NCBI GenBank assembly: GCA_965285935.1 | Contig: OZ260665.1 | Coordinates: 76,880,001-76,944,000 of the forward strand | Direction: 5' to 3' | Source of the DNA: Ophelia neglecta | Taxonomy: Eukaryota | DNA length: 64,000 nt | Shown: positions 1-12,900 of the stretch, in pieces | Layout of the letters: each line of letters begins with the position of its first letter | How positions within the stretch are numbered: position 1 is the stretch's first letter | Program-made: the position numbers and the translations under genes | Notes under the pieces: model-generated | Told to the model about the DNA's origin: nothing | What the model saw: the letters and a program-made list of their open reading frames with translations, nothing else | The model's database searches: none

Positions 1-2540
1 CAAATGCTGTCCATTCTTATTCCACAAATGAGTTCAATCAGCATTTCATTTTGTAAATTTTGAATAATTAAACAATGAATGTACTTGTAAGAAAAAGTGA
101 TTACTTTTTTAATGGCACTATAATTATAGAAATTCTCTTCTATAATATGTGTTGGAACACAATGTTGGATGTTTGCATATTTTGCAGGTGATGAAATGGG
201 GCTAAATATGTTCCATGTTTCAATGTCCACACTGAGCACACTTTAGATGGTTAAATTGTTCATTAATTTGTATTTGTCATCACTTTGCATATTAATCGGA
301 AATCTAATCACGTGGCATTGATTTTTGTAAAATACATATTTTAATCTTAAGGTATTATTAAGTATACTTGTATAAAGATACATTTTATGATCACAAATTT
401 TGCACTCCAAAAGTAGATGTACACCTGCAGTATATGCTTAGTGTTTGCAACATTACCATTAAATGAAACATTTATGCACCTCCCACCCCATACATGTTAT
501 CTGTTTTAAGTATATGTGGTAATCTCTGGCCTTCAAATCATTCAGACCATTGTACTTAATGTACCAGTATGCAATATTCTGCAATGTGATATGAAGAATT
601 TGGAAGCTATGTGTTTTCTTGATTGCTAGTGAGTTTTATCAGGTCGTCTTGTTTTTATCATGCAAAATATAATAAAGCTATATTCTAAATATATGTGGTT
701 TCATTTTACTTTCTGAGGTTCATTTGTTAGTTCTATCTATGAAATGTAATCCTCTAGTATGAACACTAAGATAGAGTCTTATTCTGCTAAGTTTTTACTA
801 AAAAAAAAAATGCAAAGCTTTTACTCAAAAATGTTAATAAGAAAAGGTCATCTGATGCGTAAAAGCAGAGAAAATAGACCACACAAAATATTTCCAGTAC
901 AAGAGACCTTTATTTCCAGAATTTCACAAGTAGGCTCAGACCACACTTAAAGGCCTGCCAGAAGCTAGGACCTGCATATGATTTGTATCGTAAGTAACAT
1001 ATGCAAGCACTTGGCCTACTTCTGTGATGAATTTCCACTGATTCATTAATTGGTTGGGAATCAAGAAAGGCTTCTATTGGTCATGGATCAGCCAATTTTA
1101 GGTGGATTGTGGTATTTTGGAAAAATATATTTGCCTATTTAAGGAAAAATTGAGAGTCTGAAATAATGAAACCAAACGACCTGTTGTCACATTTTTGTAC
1201 ATCCGGTTTATTAGCCAACTATTTTATAAAATTGTGAACACTACTGTAATGAATTCACACACTAGCAGCTCATTATATTCATTTCACTACTACCACTTTG
1301 GCTGTCTGTTTCTGTTCATTACAGTCATTATTTGTACAAATCTTTAGTACATTTCCCATTGTTTGACTGATACATGTATATGTATATGCATAAGCATAGG
1401 CATGTGCTAATGTAATATACATTATTTTGATCCAAGCCAAATCTCCCGAGTAGCATATCCCTTTAGCTTGGGGTTGCATTATGTGTCCCATACAAAGATT
1501 GAACCTTAATTTAGGGGGAGATGATCAATTTTTGGCATCTCTGTAAACACATATTTTCCCCTCTATCACATTCACCTGCATTCACGGAGGTCACAGCCTA
1601 AGGCTTGTAAATGGGTGAAGCATATGACATGGGGGTAACTTGACAACAAGGCATTTGGTATCATTTGCCCCCAAGCCTATTAGAAGTCACCATAAAATGT
1701 TGTCTTTTAGTTGAACTACCAAGGAAAAATTAACACTTAATGTTCTAGGGTTAAAATTTATTATTACACAGATATGACTGTAAATACATGATTATTATAT
1801 ACAATTTATACAAAATAACAAAAAAGAAAGAGATATGCCCCGATAAAAGTATAATGATCAGTTAGGGTAGAATGATTACCTGGAGAAATTATTTGTATCT
1901 GAATCTATCACCAAAAAAAAAGTTTGCCTAGAAAACTTCAGAAACTTATTATGACTAGAATTTCCATGTTATTTTCTGGCATCTATGACTATACTGACAA
2001 TAAAATGTTGGTATAGGATATAATTTTACGCTATCATTCAACTGTGATAGGCCTATATTAGATCAACATATATGATAGAATGTCAAAACACAGAGGTCAC
2101 TTAGATTATAAATCTAAATGGTTGACAAATATGATAATAAACCCTGAAAACTGCAAAATTTTCATCCTTAAAATATAATAATTGCCCCCAAAAAAGTGGT
2201 TTGTAATTTATTGAATGAATTGGAAGTTATTGAGTATCATCCTATATAGTTCTCTAGCATGATTAGGATAGTATTTTTATGTTAATACTATAATTATGTT
2301 CATAACACATGTGTATAAAAATTGACAAACTCAGGAATGCAGACGCCTGCAAGCATAATCACTGTTAAATCTAGAACATGTTTGTGAAAGTAAAGAAGCT
2401 TATACTGGAAATATAACCTCGGAATGTATCATATATAATTTTGGTCTTTATATTATAAAATACTTAATGTACATTTAAAAGATAAACTTTTTTTACAGAA
2501 TACATTTACCCAGCAGCTTGATATATGCAAACAGTTACTG

Positions 2541-5500
2541 TCAACTGGTGACCTTGACTTCTGTTATGAATTCTTGAAGAACGTTTAATACATTAGGGGT
2601 ATCTCTGTTATCCAAGGCGTTCAGTTCTGACTGTGCATGCTGCAGAAGGATCGGTGCATTTCCACAAGACTTCAGAAACACATAACATCTGAAACAAACA
2701 AGGATTTGGCCTTTGAATGATAGAAATTATAATATCGCCTGATCCCACTAAAATGCAGAGTAACTTCCTTGGAAATCAATTGTTTCTTTTCCTATTAATG
2801 CACGTTGGCTTAAGTGGATTTTACCAGTAGCCAAACTTGTTCATTGGGAAAAAAAGAATAAGTCATGACCGCAAATTTGATTTCCATATCTCATGAAGAA
2901 TGCCAGGTACATGAGAACAATCACATTTTGAACAGACACCTTTCTGTTGTATGCTGCAATACAGGCTGATAGCAATACCCCTGTTATGAATTGCCACATT
3001 ATTTACAGAAACTAGAATTATGAATTACCATATATCATTGGCATTTATGTTTATAGTTCCTGTCAAAAGCAGCACAAAACAACCTAAATGGTGTTGCTAA
3101 AATAACTCCACCTTACTTGAACAGTGAGTAGTAGTCACTTTCTGCTTGGCGGAGCAGTCTCTTCAAATTATTCATATCCTGTATGGCCTGAAATAATTAA
3201 TTTTCACATTTAGGACCATACCAAATTGTAAACTTATGCATTATGGACCACATGTACACTTAGGCAAAGGTAAAATCTAGCACCGCTCAAGTCTACTTTC
3301 CACTTACTCTAAGTTTATAGTTGTCAATGATCTGTCGTAAATGTACAGGGTTGTCGACATCGCCGCTGGAGAGAGCGGTGCCCCAGTCAGCACAAAACTT
3401 ACTGCTATCTGAAAGATCAGCAAAATAACCAGCTAAATAATTTTACTCCAACATTAATGTTTACGCCTTTTTGAAGTGAAGCTTATACTATGGTGGATGT
3501 ACTGTGGCTAGACCAGACTAAATATACAATAGGGCCAGACGGATATGTTTCATACTGCTGACCAACAACCACTTTTCTTACCTCCAAAGCTGATTGCAAT
3601 TAAAAGGCAGTGGTAAGGCTGGGATAAGTGGGGCTACTTTCAGCTGTTCATATGGGAATTTAACATGGGAATGATGTTTTAAAAGCCCTTACTTAGTGCT
3701 TGTTAAGTAATCAAAACAAAACTTTCAGGGATGATTAACATTTTAGAGGGCTTTCCATTCTAGTAAATTTCACATTTGTGTGATAGCTACAGGTTTCGCA
3801 ATGAACATGGAACCGCTGCAAATCTGTAGTCTAGCCCCACATTCAAGTGCAGACTATTGGTATGCAGTGCTGTCACCTCCTTGCTAGCAGGCTGAACTAG
3901 AATTATTACATCATCCCCGACTGACCCTATTGTAGGGCAACATAAAAATGAAAAATTATAAAGCAATAATTTTTAAAGTGTTGTATTGCTAAAGTTTTGA
4001 GACTTAATTTTGCCAAAAAGTAAAAAAAAATTTGAATAAATTTACACAAGGGGCAAAAGTGATAAAAACATGGTCCAAGAATTTGCCAAAGTGGGAGAAG
4101 TGATTTTAAAACTCAAGAAAAGAAAGAGACAAGTTTAAGTGCAGGCTTTCAATCATTTTCCTAAGTAGGGAAAATGAAAAGGCAATATTTAAACTTAAAG
4201 CCCAACAAATTGACCAATGTTATTCAGATCTTATACCAAGGTATAGCTCACCATGATTGTGGAATGTACAAGTGTCTCCATCTACTATGAGTTTAAAGAC
4301 TGATTTCTGCTTGTTCAATACTTCTTGTTTGCCTGCTGGGTCAGACACACTGATGTCTGCCAGTAGATGATCAGCCTTGTCTCCATCAGCGGAGGGTAGA
4401 GAGAACGGTTCTGTGGCTTGAATCAACTCGGACAAACTGCAACACTCCACAAACCTACAAAGTAGTATGCAAACCTAAAAAGAAGTATGCAAACCTACAA
4501 AGTAGTATGCAAACCTATAAAGTAGTATGCAAACCTACAAAGAAGTATTTGTATAGGTCACAAACCTGCTTTTGCTCTTACAAACAACATACACAAGTTG
4601 CGGTCTCCAATGCATAATATGCTGATATGGTGGAAGACTACTCTGGAGCTTACCTTTTTAAATCAGATGATGTCTTCTCGTTTGAACACTGGACTTCAAT
4701 TTGTGCGTCAAGCAATGCCTGAAATATTCATTACAATATAGAGTAAACTGGTCAAAACCTACACACTCATTACTGAGCTAGTGCAGTCAATGGCATTTGA
4801 AAAGAGCTTGTAGGATGTATGGCACCTTAGCTGTATCCCTGGGGTATAGCTGGGGTGATAAAGATTCCACTGATATCCCATATGTAGTGAGCTTTAAGTA
4901 AAATATTTCTCATATTGTTTTTTACCCATAAGTCTATGTCTAAGAATCCTTCTGGCAAAATCTCATCGTTTGTTACTGTTATTCATTTAAATTTCCAAAC
5001 TTACATTTCAAAGTTATCAATATTGGTGAAGAACAGTATACATAGTAACAAATAAATAAATATAGGTAACTGTTGGTTGTTGTTGTAAAATGTCTCTATG
5101 TTGTACGTAGTAGAAGTCAGCAATATGGAGAAACCAGAACACACAAAGTCTTGTATCTAGGCATTATACTTACAGCATTGATAAGATACTTGACATCCTC
5201 GTTTAGTAGTTTGATACAGCGGCACAGATACTGGGTGGTCTCAGCAAACCAGTCTTCAAGGTATGGCTGAATCTTAGTGGCCACTTCAGACAACTGTCAA
5301 ACATATTAAAAATAGTCAAAAAATAAAAAATTTTAACTTGAAATAACGAGAGGATTTTATTTAAGGTAGAGTCCTGCATGAAAGCTTACTACTAAGCTGG
5401 AGAAGATATTATATACTAGTAAACACAAAGATATCTGTTACATGCGAAGATGTGTAAATGTTATATTGCATAGTATTAATTGAGATAAAAAAAATAAAAT

Positions 5501-8473
5501 AAATTAGTTTAATCACATATTAAGCTTGCAACCCACTGGCAGATCTACAGGGAGCCACTGGCATCTGAACTCAATGTTTTTCCAAATGCTGCTTGAGGCA
5601 TATGGTGTGGGATGAGTGCCTCTTGCCAGATGGGCTATGTCCCTAGAAGCCCATCTGGATGGAGGCACCCATCCCACACCCTCACCAAGAGAGCAGATCC
5701 CCCCACCCCACCCCCCTTATCAAAACTCTAGATCTGTCAGTTTAACCACAAAGCTAGTTTACAGTGCTGACATCTATTCATATTTGGTGGTTAAATGCAT
5801 TAACAGAAGTACAGTAGACAGGCTACAAGCAGTTAGTGAACAAGATAGATTTGTTAGACAGTTGAATGCAAAACTTGTTGAAAGATTGAGTAAGAAAATG
5901 TAATCAGTTATAATGCAAGTACAGATAGGTACTTCAGAAGAGATCTAACTGAATGTGACAGTGATTCCATCTCCCTGTTAAGTGCGACACAGGAATAGTT
6001 TTAATTTTCAAGTCAGGGCTAGGGCTATGCCATGTAAAAGGTTGGGCAAGTGGCGAGGGACTACAGAATAATTGGGCACAACCACACTCCTAAATTAATC
6101 CCTTCTCCTAGTGGGACTTACTTAAGTCTTATTACAGGAACATCCATTCTTTTTATAAGGCCCCCCTCCCTCACTAGGTCCTCAACAGTCTACCTACTTA
6201 TACACACTTTAAATGGGATAGCCCTAAATATATTTTTGTCAATAAATACACATATATTTCTAATGGGTAAATGTTGCTTTTGAAGTGGTATGCTATGGCC
6301 AATAGCCACAGTTTGGTGAGAATTCATGCAGCCAGGGATTTAGCCTACACTCAAACAATAAGAGATTAGCACTGTATGTACCTGATTAGAATCCTCAAGC
6401 TCATACCTCAATATCGGCTGCAAATGTCATTATATTTTAGGCATATATAAAACTGTCTGTAAATGTCTGACTAGATTATTACAAATATTAACAATTATGA
6501 TAATTTACAATATTATATATAAGAAATCATTTAATATATAAATTCACTGGTTAAAGATGAAATAATTGATATCAACTTACATCAGCATCCAGCAAAGAAT
6601 GTAGCTTTGTGCTGTATTTATCTAATTCTGGTCGGAATCTGGTACAGGTTAAGGAATGAATTGCGTGATGAAATGAAATGGTGGAATACCTCATGCAAAA
6701 GAATCAATATAAATTGTACTTAATAGGATACAGGTCAAGCACTGCATCTGCTGGAGCTATAAGACACACAAGGAATTCATTGGAGAGGTAGGCAGAGTCC
6801 ACACTGCCCAGAGGGGCATCATCAGGTGTATTGCTGGGGAGGGGTGAGGACTCCTTGGATGAATCCCCCTCCAGTAGACTGTAGTAACACAGCAATGGAC
6901 CACTGGACCTGAACAAAACAAGAAAAGTTCTCAAGGGCTTTTCATTTCTCACATTTTGGAAAGAAAACATCGTATAAAATCAGATGCACACAAACATGAG
7001 GCAGATTTTTGGCTACAACCAAAGATTTTAATTAATTTTGACATTTGACACTGCTAAAAAAGCAGATGTCATCTCCACAAACAACTGAGGCTGTGGAATC
7101 TGACATATCTGTATCCAAATGAACTGTGACCCTGATAATGATCACAATAAACATTTCAACATTCTTTTGAACATTTATTTGTAATAAACTTGCTATACAC
7201 AACACATTGAAAAAAAATATTCAAAGTGAAAGGCAAAGGAATATGATCTTCATTATACAGAATTATATATAATATATACATTTAAATTTTAGAATTTTGA
7301 ACACAACTAACCCAAGCTCTAGACCAGATATGTGACCACCAGCACCCTGCACTGCTCCTTTGGCAAATCGCCTGGTGATAAACTTACTGAAGAGTTCTTC
7401 ATTTTCTGCATTTAAACCGCTGATAACAACTGTCAGGCTACAATAAAAAACCTTTTGCTATTAACATTAATAGTACATAATTCATTATCATAGTAGTTTA
7501 AACTTGTTTTTCCATCCCAAATAACTTTCACTTTATAGCAAGTAGCAAGGGTGAAATTTGTATAAAACACATAATGGATGAATACCTGTAATCCATGTGC
7601 TGATCCTTCTTTGTCACGGTGGATACATGGTCTCCGGCTGATGCTGTTTCAGTTTTTGTCTTGTTGTCCTCCCCTGATGAACAGGATGTATCCTTTGACC
7701 TAGAAGATAATAAGTGATGCTCTACATAGCTATATATATTTTCAAAACAACAAGTTTTAACCCTTTCAACACTACAGCCCTCAACAGAGGGAAGATACCC
7801 CTTTAGTTATTCAGAGTTGAAAGGGTCAAAACCTTTATGTCTTCATTCAACTTTTTTTAGTATTTGCGTCATTGAATCTTATAGCCTTCTCCAAACGAAA
7901 TGGAGTGAACTCTAATGGTATATATTAACTGGCCTCTAAATTGTGCTTGGAGAAAAGCCTTTTTAGTTGATGATTATCAATAATCTAAAAGCATCACAGC
8001 TTTATGGCTGTTTTCATTTGTTATCAATCATTATTAGGCCTATAGCCTGAAAGTATTTATTTATAGGGCAAGACAGCTCTGATCTAGTTAAACGGAAGAT
8101 GCCAAGTACACACTGAGAGATACTGTCAGTCTATAAGACATGACTAACTAGCACATTAGATTTTTTACATAATATCTCCGAATACTATAACTACAGCTAG
8201 TTGGTTAAATGAAGATAGTCGATAGTTTCATGTACACAACCACAGCTCGGCACAGTAACAGCTAGTGCTGTAGAATCAAATTGTAAAATTGTATATCGCG
8301 TCCAACAGTTGTTAAACAGTTGATTATGATTGACCTTTGTCAGTTTTTATAATCATATCAGCATTTCCCAATTTCTAATCTTACCTGTTAGTAAGATATC
8401 TGTAGAGCACATAGGTAGGATATTTATTTTTTGACAATCCTGTCAATTCCGATTTCTCCACCTTGTCCGCCAT
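2541..8473 (-). CDS. C17orf75: Protein Njmu-R1 (C17orf75 orthologue; WDR11-FAM91A1-C17orf75 trafficking complex subunit), 11 coding exons, ~423 aa
   Basis: Hand-spliced exons (minus strand): 8473-8385, 7699-7586, 7437-7312, 6908-6732, 6638-6581, 5293-5174, 4718-4654, 4454-4252, 3408-3308, 3187-3117, 2688-2541. All junctions GT-AG and phase-compatible, total 1272 nt. Peptides FITRRFAKGAVQGAGGHISGLEL, LCYYSL, LFRPELDKY, KFCADW, AIQDMNNLKRLLRQAESDYYSLFKCYVFLKSCG match remembered human Njmu-R1 (FIAKRLSRGAVFEGLGNVASVEL, FRLELDKY, AIQDTNNLKRFIRQAEMNHYALFKCYMFLKNCG). Confidence 0.93.
4451..4548. repeat. 20-bp tandem repeat, ~5 copies, overlapping the acceptor of C17orf75 exon 8
   Basis: Unit AAACCTACAAAGTAGTATGC starts at 4451, 4471, 4491, 4511 and 4531. 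Confidence 0.9.
5535..5742. mobile_element. Degenerate MITE (short TIR, C-rich interior)
   Basis: Left ACTGGCAGATCTA and right TAGATCTGTCAGT form an inverted pair. Similar C/G-rich interiors recur near 39060-39300, 46180-46335 and 49950-50030. Confidence 0.5.
6639..6731 (-). other. U12-type (minor spliceosome) GT-AG intron of C17orf75
   Basis: 5' site GTATCCTA at 6731-6724; branch site TTCCTTAAC at 6656-6648, 7 nt before the AG; no polypyrimidine tract; 93 nt long. Confidence 0.9.
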
Positions 8474-8660
8474 ATTTATCTGTAGCTAGAGCTGTGTGCG
8501 CAACTAAACCACAAAGTTAGTTCAACTTTTTCACAGGTGGCAGCACTGAGTTAGTCGCGCTGTTACCGCGGAAAAACGATTTGGCGGCAGACGTTTCATT
8601 TGTTTAGGCGTTATCGATTTTGCAGCAGACGTTTGTTCTGGCGTTAGGCCTATAGGTACG
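8474..8660. promoter_or_regulatory. Bidirectional promoter region shared by C17orf75 and MEIOB; probable non-coding MEIOB exon 1
   Basis: CpG-enriched patch just upstream of the C17orf75 ATG. Contains E2F-like CGCGGAAA (8567-8574) and TTTGGCGG (8580-8587), MYB-like CTGTTA (8560-8565) and a plus-strand donor TAG|GTACGT near 8656. An acceptor ATATAG at 9890 precedes the MEIOB ATG at 9903. Confidence 0.55.
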
Positions 8661-9902
8661 TATAAAAAATATCCCTGTATCATATTTCAACTTAGCTCAA
8701 ACAGAATAATCCAAAAAGCGTAAACGTTAGGATTTTATTGAAAAAAATGGGCCCAAATATCTTGCCTCCCTGTGAGCGTGTGCTCATGTGGACGGAAAAC
8801 TTTTTTTTGGGGGGGGGTGGGGGGGGGGGTTGTTAGCCCCACAGATCCCTACATTGCAATTGAGATAGCTTTATATTATTATTATTATAGAACTACCAAT
8901 AAGTTATAGTAAACATATAAATGTCATAACAAATCCCACAATTTATTTTATTTGTGACATTTTACAGGGTCAGCTCAACTCAGGCTGGTGGAAAGGGGGT
9001 AGAATTATGTGATTTCAGGATATGTAATTTGTATTTGATTATTGCCATATAAATAACTTGTGTAATATATATGAAAACAAGTTGTTATGCATTTTGGCCC
9101 TGAGGGCCAAGTATATATTAAAAGTTGACTAACTATCAGGCTCTTACATAGGTCAGACTGTACCAGCGACTATGTATGACTGGAGCTCATAAGGGAAAGC
9201 CAGAAGTCTAAAGAATGATAATTCTCAGGAAAAATGAAGCTGGGGGTCAGTGTGCTAAAAGGCACCTGCAAAAGCTATAAATTTGGCTGTGCCGGGTTGC
9301 CTCAGCATGGGTTACAAATATTGATACAAGTTAATATGCTACTAGTCCGAGATTCCTCTGCCTCTTACACCACAAGTTACTTTTTATATGGCATGGTCGC
9401 GTTTAGAGTCGGAGTCCTGTATGAAAACACGCAAATTTACATAAAAAATGCATATCCGCCATCTTAGTCTTAGCAGCACTTTGAGAACACCCCCGTAGAT
9501 GTATGACGATTGCGTGTCACGTGTGTACTACGTCACTGATATGTGGTCTAGTCCCTGATGGCTGGCAGCGGGATGTAAACAATGATGTTTTGAGGCTCAA
9601 AAGAGTGTGAAAATGGCAATATGCACTTTCGGGAGTACATGGAGGCAAATGTCTGAGGAATCGGCATTGAAGATGCATTGGACAGTGGAGGTCTGGACAA
9701 CCTATGCACTGCATAAATGAGAGATTGCCCTGTTTGTTAAGTATTGCATCCCCCCCCCCCCCCCAGCTCTGCCTCAACCCATCCCAGCACCAAATCTCCT
9801 ACACATGCACACCCGTTGAAATAGAAAAATCATAAGTGTCATATTCTGAATTACTGAACTTGACTCTGAAATTTCTATTTATTCATATAGGATAATCTAA
9901 CA

Positions 9903-12900
9903 ATGGCCTGGGCAGATAATGGGAGCTTTGGTGATTTTAAATGTGACCGAAGTAAAGGCCAAGGATCCAATTCTAGTACAGCTTACCGTAACACTAACGG
10001 CAGAAATGGATCAGGGCTTCAGAACAGATCATACAGCTCCACACTTCCAGCAGCGGGATTGAATGATGGAAGCCTAACCAAAATTGCCGACTTATCTGTT
10101 GGCATGCCTGCCACGGTAGCTATTTGAATCCATGGGTCAATAATTGTTCTTTATAGAATTATAAAGTTGTCAAATGGCTTGTAAGAGGCAGAAAGTTAAT
10201 TGTTAGAAAATCATTTTATAAGTTTGCTCATTGTTTTAGATAATAGTTGGAGTGGTTATCGCAAAAGAAGATGCAAGACATATTCCTAATAGGAAAAGTG
10301 AGTAGCAGGTTATGAAATAAACATTAAATGGATGGTTATTTTTAAAAGAGCTATGATAACATGAATCATGATGTCATCATAGTTGGTCGAGTAGTTTCAT
10401 CTGATGTGTAATATATTAAGCTGTATTATATTACTTATACTGCTGTAAGGCAAGTTATTCAGGGTTTGGACTAGCTGTATGAAAATGGTGTCTGAAATGC
10501 TATTTTCATGAAAATGTAGTCTCCACTGCAATTAATTTTTTTGATCCCAATTAATTTTATGCTTAAAAAAGATACTCAAATGGCCTAAGTACAAACCATG
10601 TCATTTATAAATATCCTCTCTTCAAGGGCAATATAATTTGGCCTGTTTTGTCTATCAAAGCTATTGTTCAGTATAATGGACATGTTTAATACTGCATATG
10701 GTTATAATTATTTTGTTTTAATTAGGAAAACATGTCTCCTGATGGATCATCATTGTTATTCCATTACAGATCCCACCACAGAGCGTTGTGTGATGAGTTT
10801 CTCGGTGAGAGATTCTCCCAATGATTTTATTAATGTGACTGCCTGGGGAGATGAGCAGTTCATCAATGATCTCGCCACGCAGTTCAGAATCTCAGATGTT
10901 GGTTGGTTGAGTCTCAACACTCTACTTTATTTGTTCCCTTCGCAATTAATTCATTATGTCCACCTGATCAGGATACTTTCTATGTTCAGGGCATATCCAT
11001 TTATGCCAATGCTAATGAATTTACCATTTATTAAATTTCACAGGATGTATGAGGGTTTGTCAAGGGTTTTCATTCACTTGGGATTGGTGTATCTGATTGA
11101 GAACCCACCTCAATGGAATTAAGTTTTACTCCATGGGTACAAAGGCCTATATATCACCAGATCCCCCATCCCAATTAAAAAAAGTTTACATTTCATTTCT
11201 TGGCTAGAAAAATGGAAACATTTAGCTATGAATAATTTAAACCATTTAAGTGCAGCACATAACATTAATTTACCAGGATTCAGCAAAGTTCATATCATTA
11301 AATTCAATAAGTCCAGTAATTCCTGTTTTATGCCATGTTTTTTGCCTATTTTAAGCTATGAGCGATAGTAAATAATTGCTTCCATAGTGTAAACTGAAAT
11401 TTGTACTGGTAAATTCTCCTTTTTTCTGTCAGTATTTTCTCTGAGTAGTTTAACTAATGAAGTAGTATAAACATTATTAAATAAGTCATCTCAATAATTC
11501 CATATTATTTTTACTCTTAAGTGGAGATATGCCAGGCAGGTATTCAGTCCAAACCCACAGACGGCTCTGATGAGAGATACCGACCCTCCAATGCCAGGCG
11601 AGTACCACTCTAACTTTTATATCCTATGAAAAGGAAGATTTACTATCAACAAATAATAAATATATATGTATATACCAGTAGCCAATAGATCTATTTGAGA
11701 GTAAAAGTTTTGTATAAAGTTAATTGCAGTTTGGAGTCTTGGTCTTTCCGATATTGAAGAAACCCAGTGTGTTTTACCAGTTTGGGTTATTTATTGCTTT
11801 AGCTATCTATGTTTTTAATTGCAACATTATTATTTAGAATGATTTGCATATTTTCAGCATGTTACAGTTGAACATTGGAGAGAAGAGAGGTACTTTGAGA
11901 ATGTACAACGGAGCAGATCTGAGTGAATATAACCAGCTGTCCCATATCCCGGCGAAGGCCAGCAATGATTTCTACACCATTGATGACATCCTGACAAACG
12001 GCGACTCCCTACACAATGAGCTGGTCAGCTTGTTGGTCATGGTCAAAAAGGTCTCAGAATTCATGTTAAATAAAATCATTGAATGCTCCAGAAAACAGAA
12101 CTGTCATTGAACCTCATTGAAACTCTATAAATACTACAAGAGTACAAATTATCATCAAAAGAAATTTTCTGAACATAACAGAAATAGAAATTTTCATAAA
12201 TTCCCATACTCTTAGTGACAGTGATAATTTGAAAGGTAAAGGAAGTGAGTACATAATTCAGATTTCAGGGTGGGAATAAAATAAGCCCCCACCCATAGTT
12301 ATTTTAATAATGGAGTAGACCTTAGACTGACCGACCTGTAAACTGGTTAAAATACATTTCCATTTTTCCCAGGTTTGCCCCTATAAAGATATTGTCACCA
12401 AAGATGGAAGAAATATAAAAAGATGTGAAGTTCGAGTGTTCGATGAAACTGCTTCAAACTTTGAAATTGTGCTGTAAGTATCCTGCAAACAATAATTTAC
12501 TGGTTCTGCACACTTTTTCATCTCATTAAACTTCAGTATTCTTTGACACAGATAGTGTGTCAATGCATCACCAAAATTATACTGATTCATTTTGCTGTAG
12601 AGCCAGAAATGTCCAAAGGGAATTTATTTCACAAATTTTGCTAGTTTTATGTACATCTCAAAATTAATTCCCGTAAGCAGTTGTCTGAGCTGAGCTACTG
12701 GTGGACCATAAAATTAAATTCCTGCCAATACTTGTCTTTCTTAGATTTGTAAAATTCCCACAAACATTTCTGACTACGGTAATTGATGGTTGAGTAGAAC
12801 AGGATCAATTATTACTTAGCTTTGTTATTACCTGTTTCAAGAGTGCACCTTTTTGTAATAAAGGTTGCATTTCTCATGTAATATATGTAGGGCTGCATAC

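Noticed and set aside
1-720. 3'UTR of an upstream plus-strand gene (AATAAA at 671)
   Set aside because: Plausible but unsupported without coding sequence in the window; AATAAA is common in AT-rich DNA.
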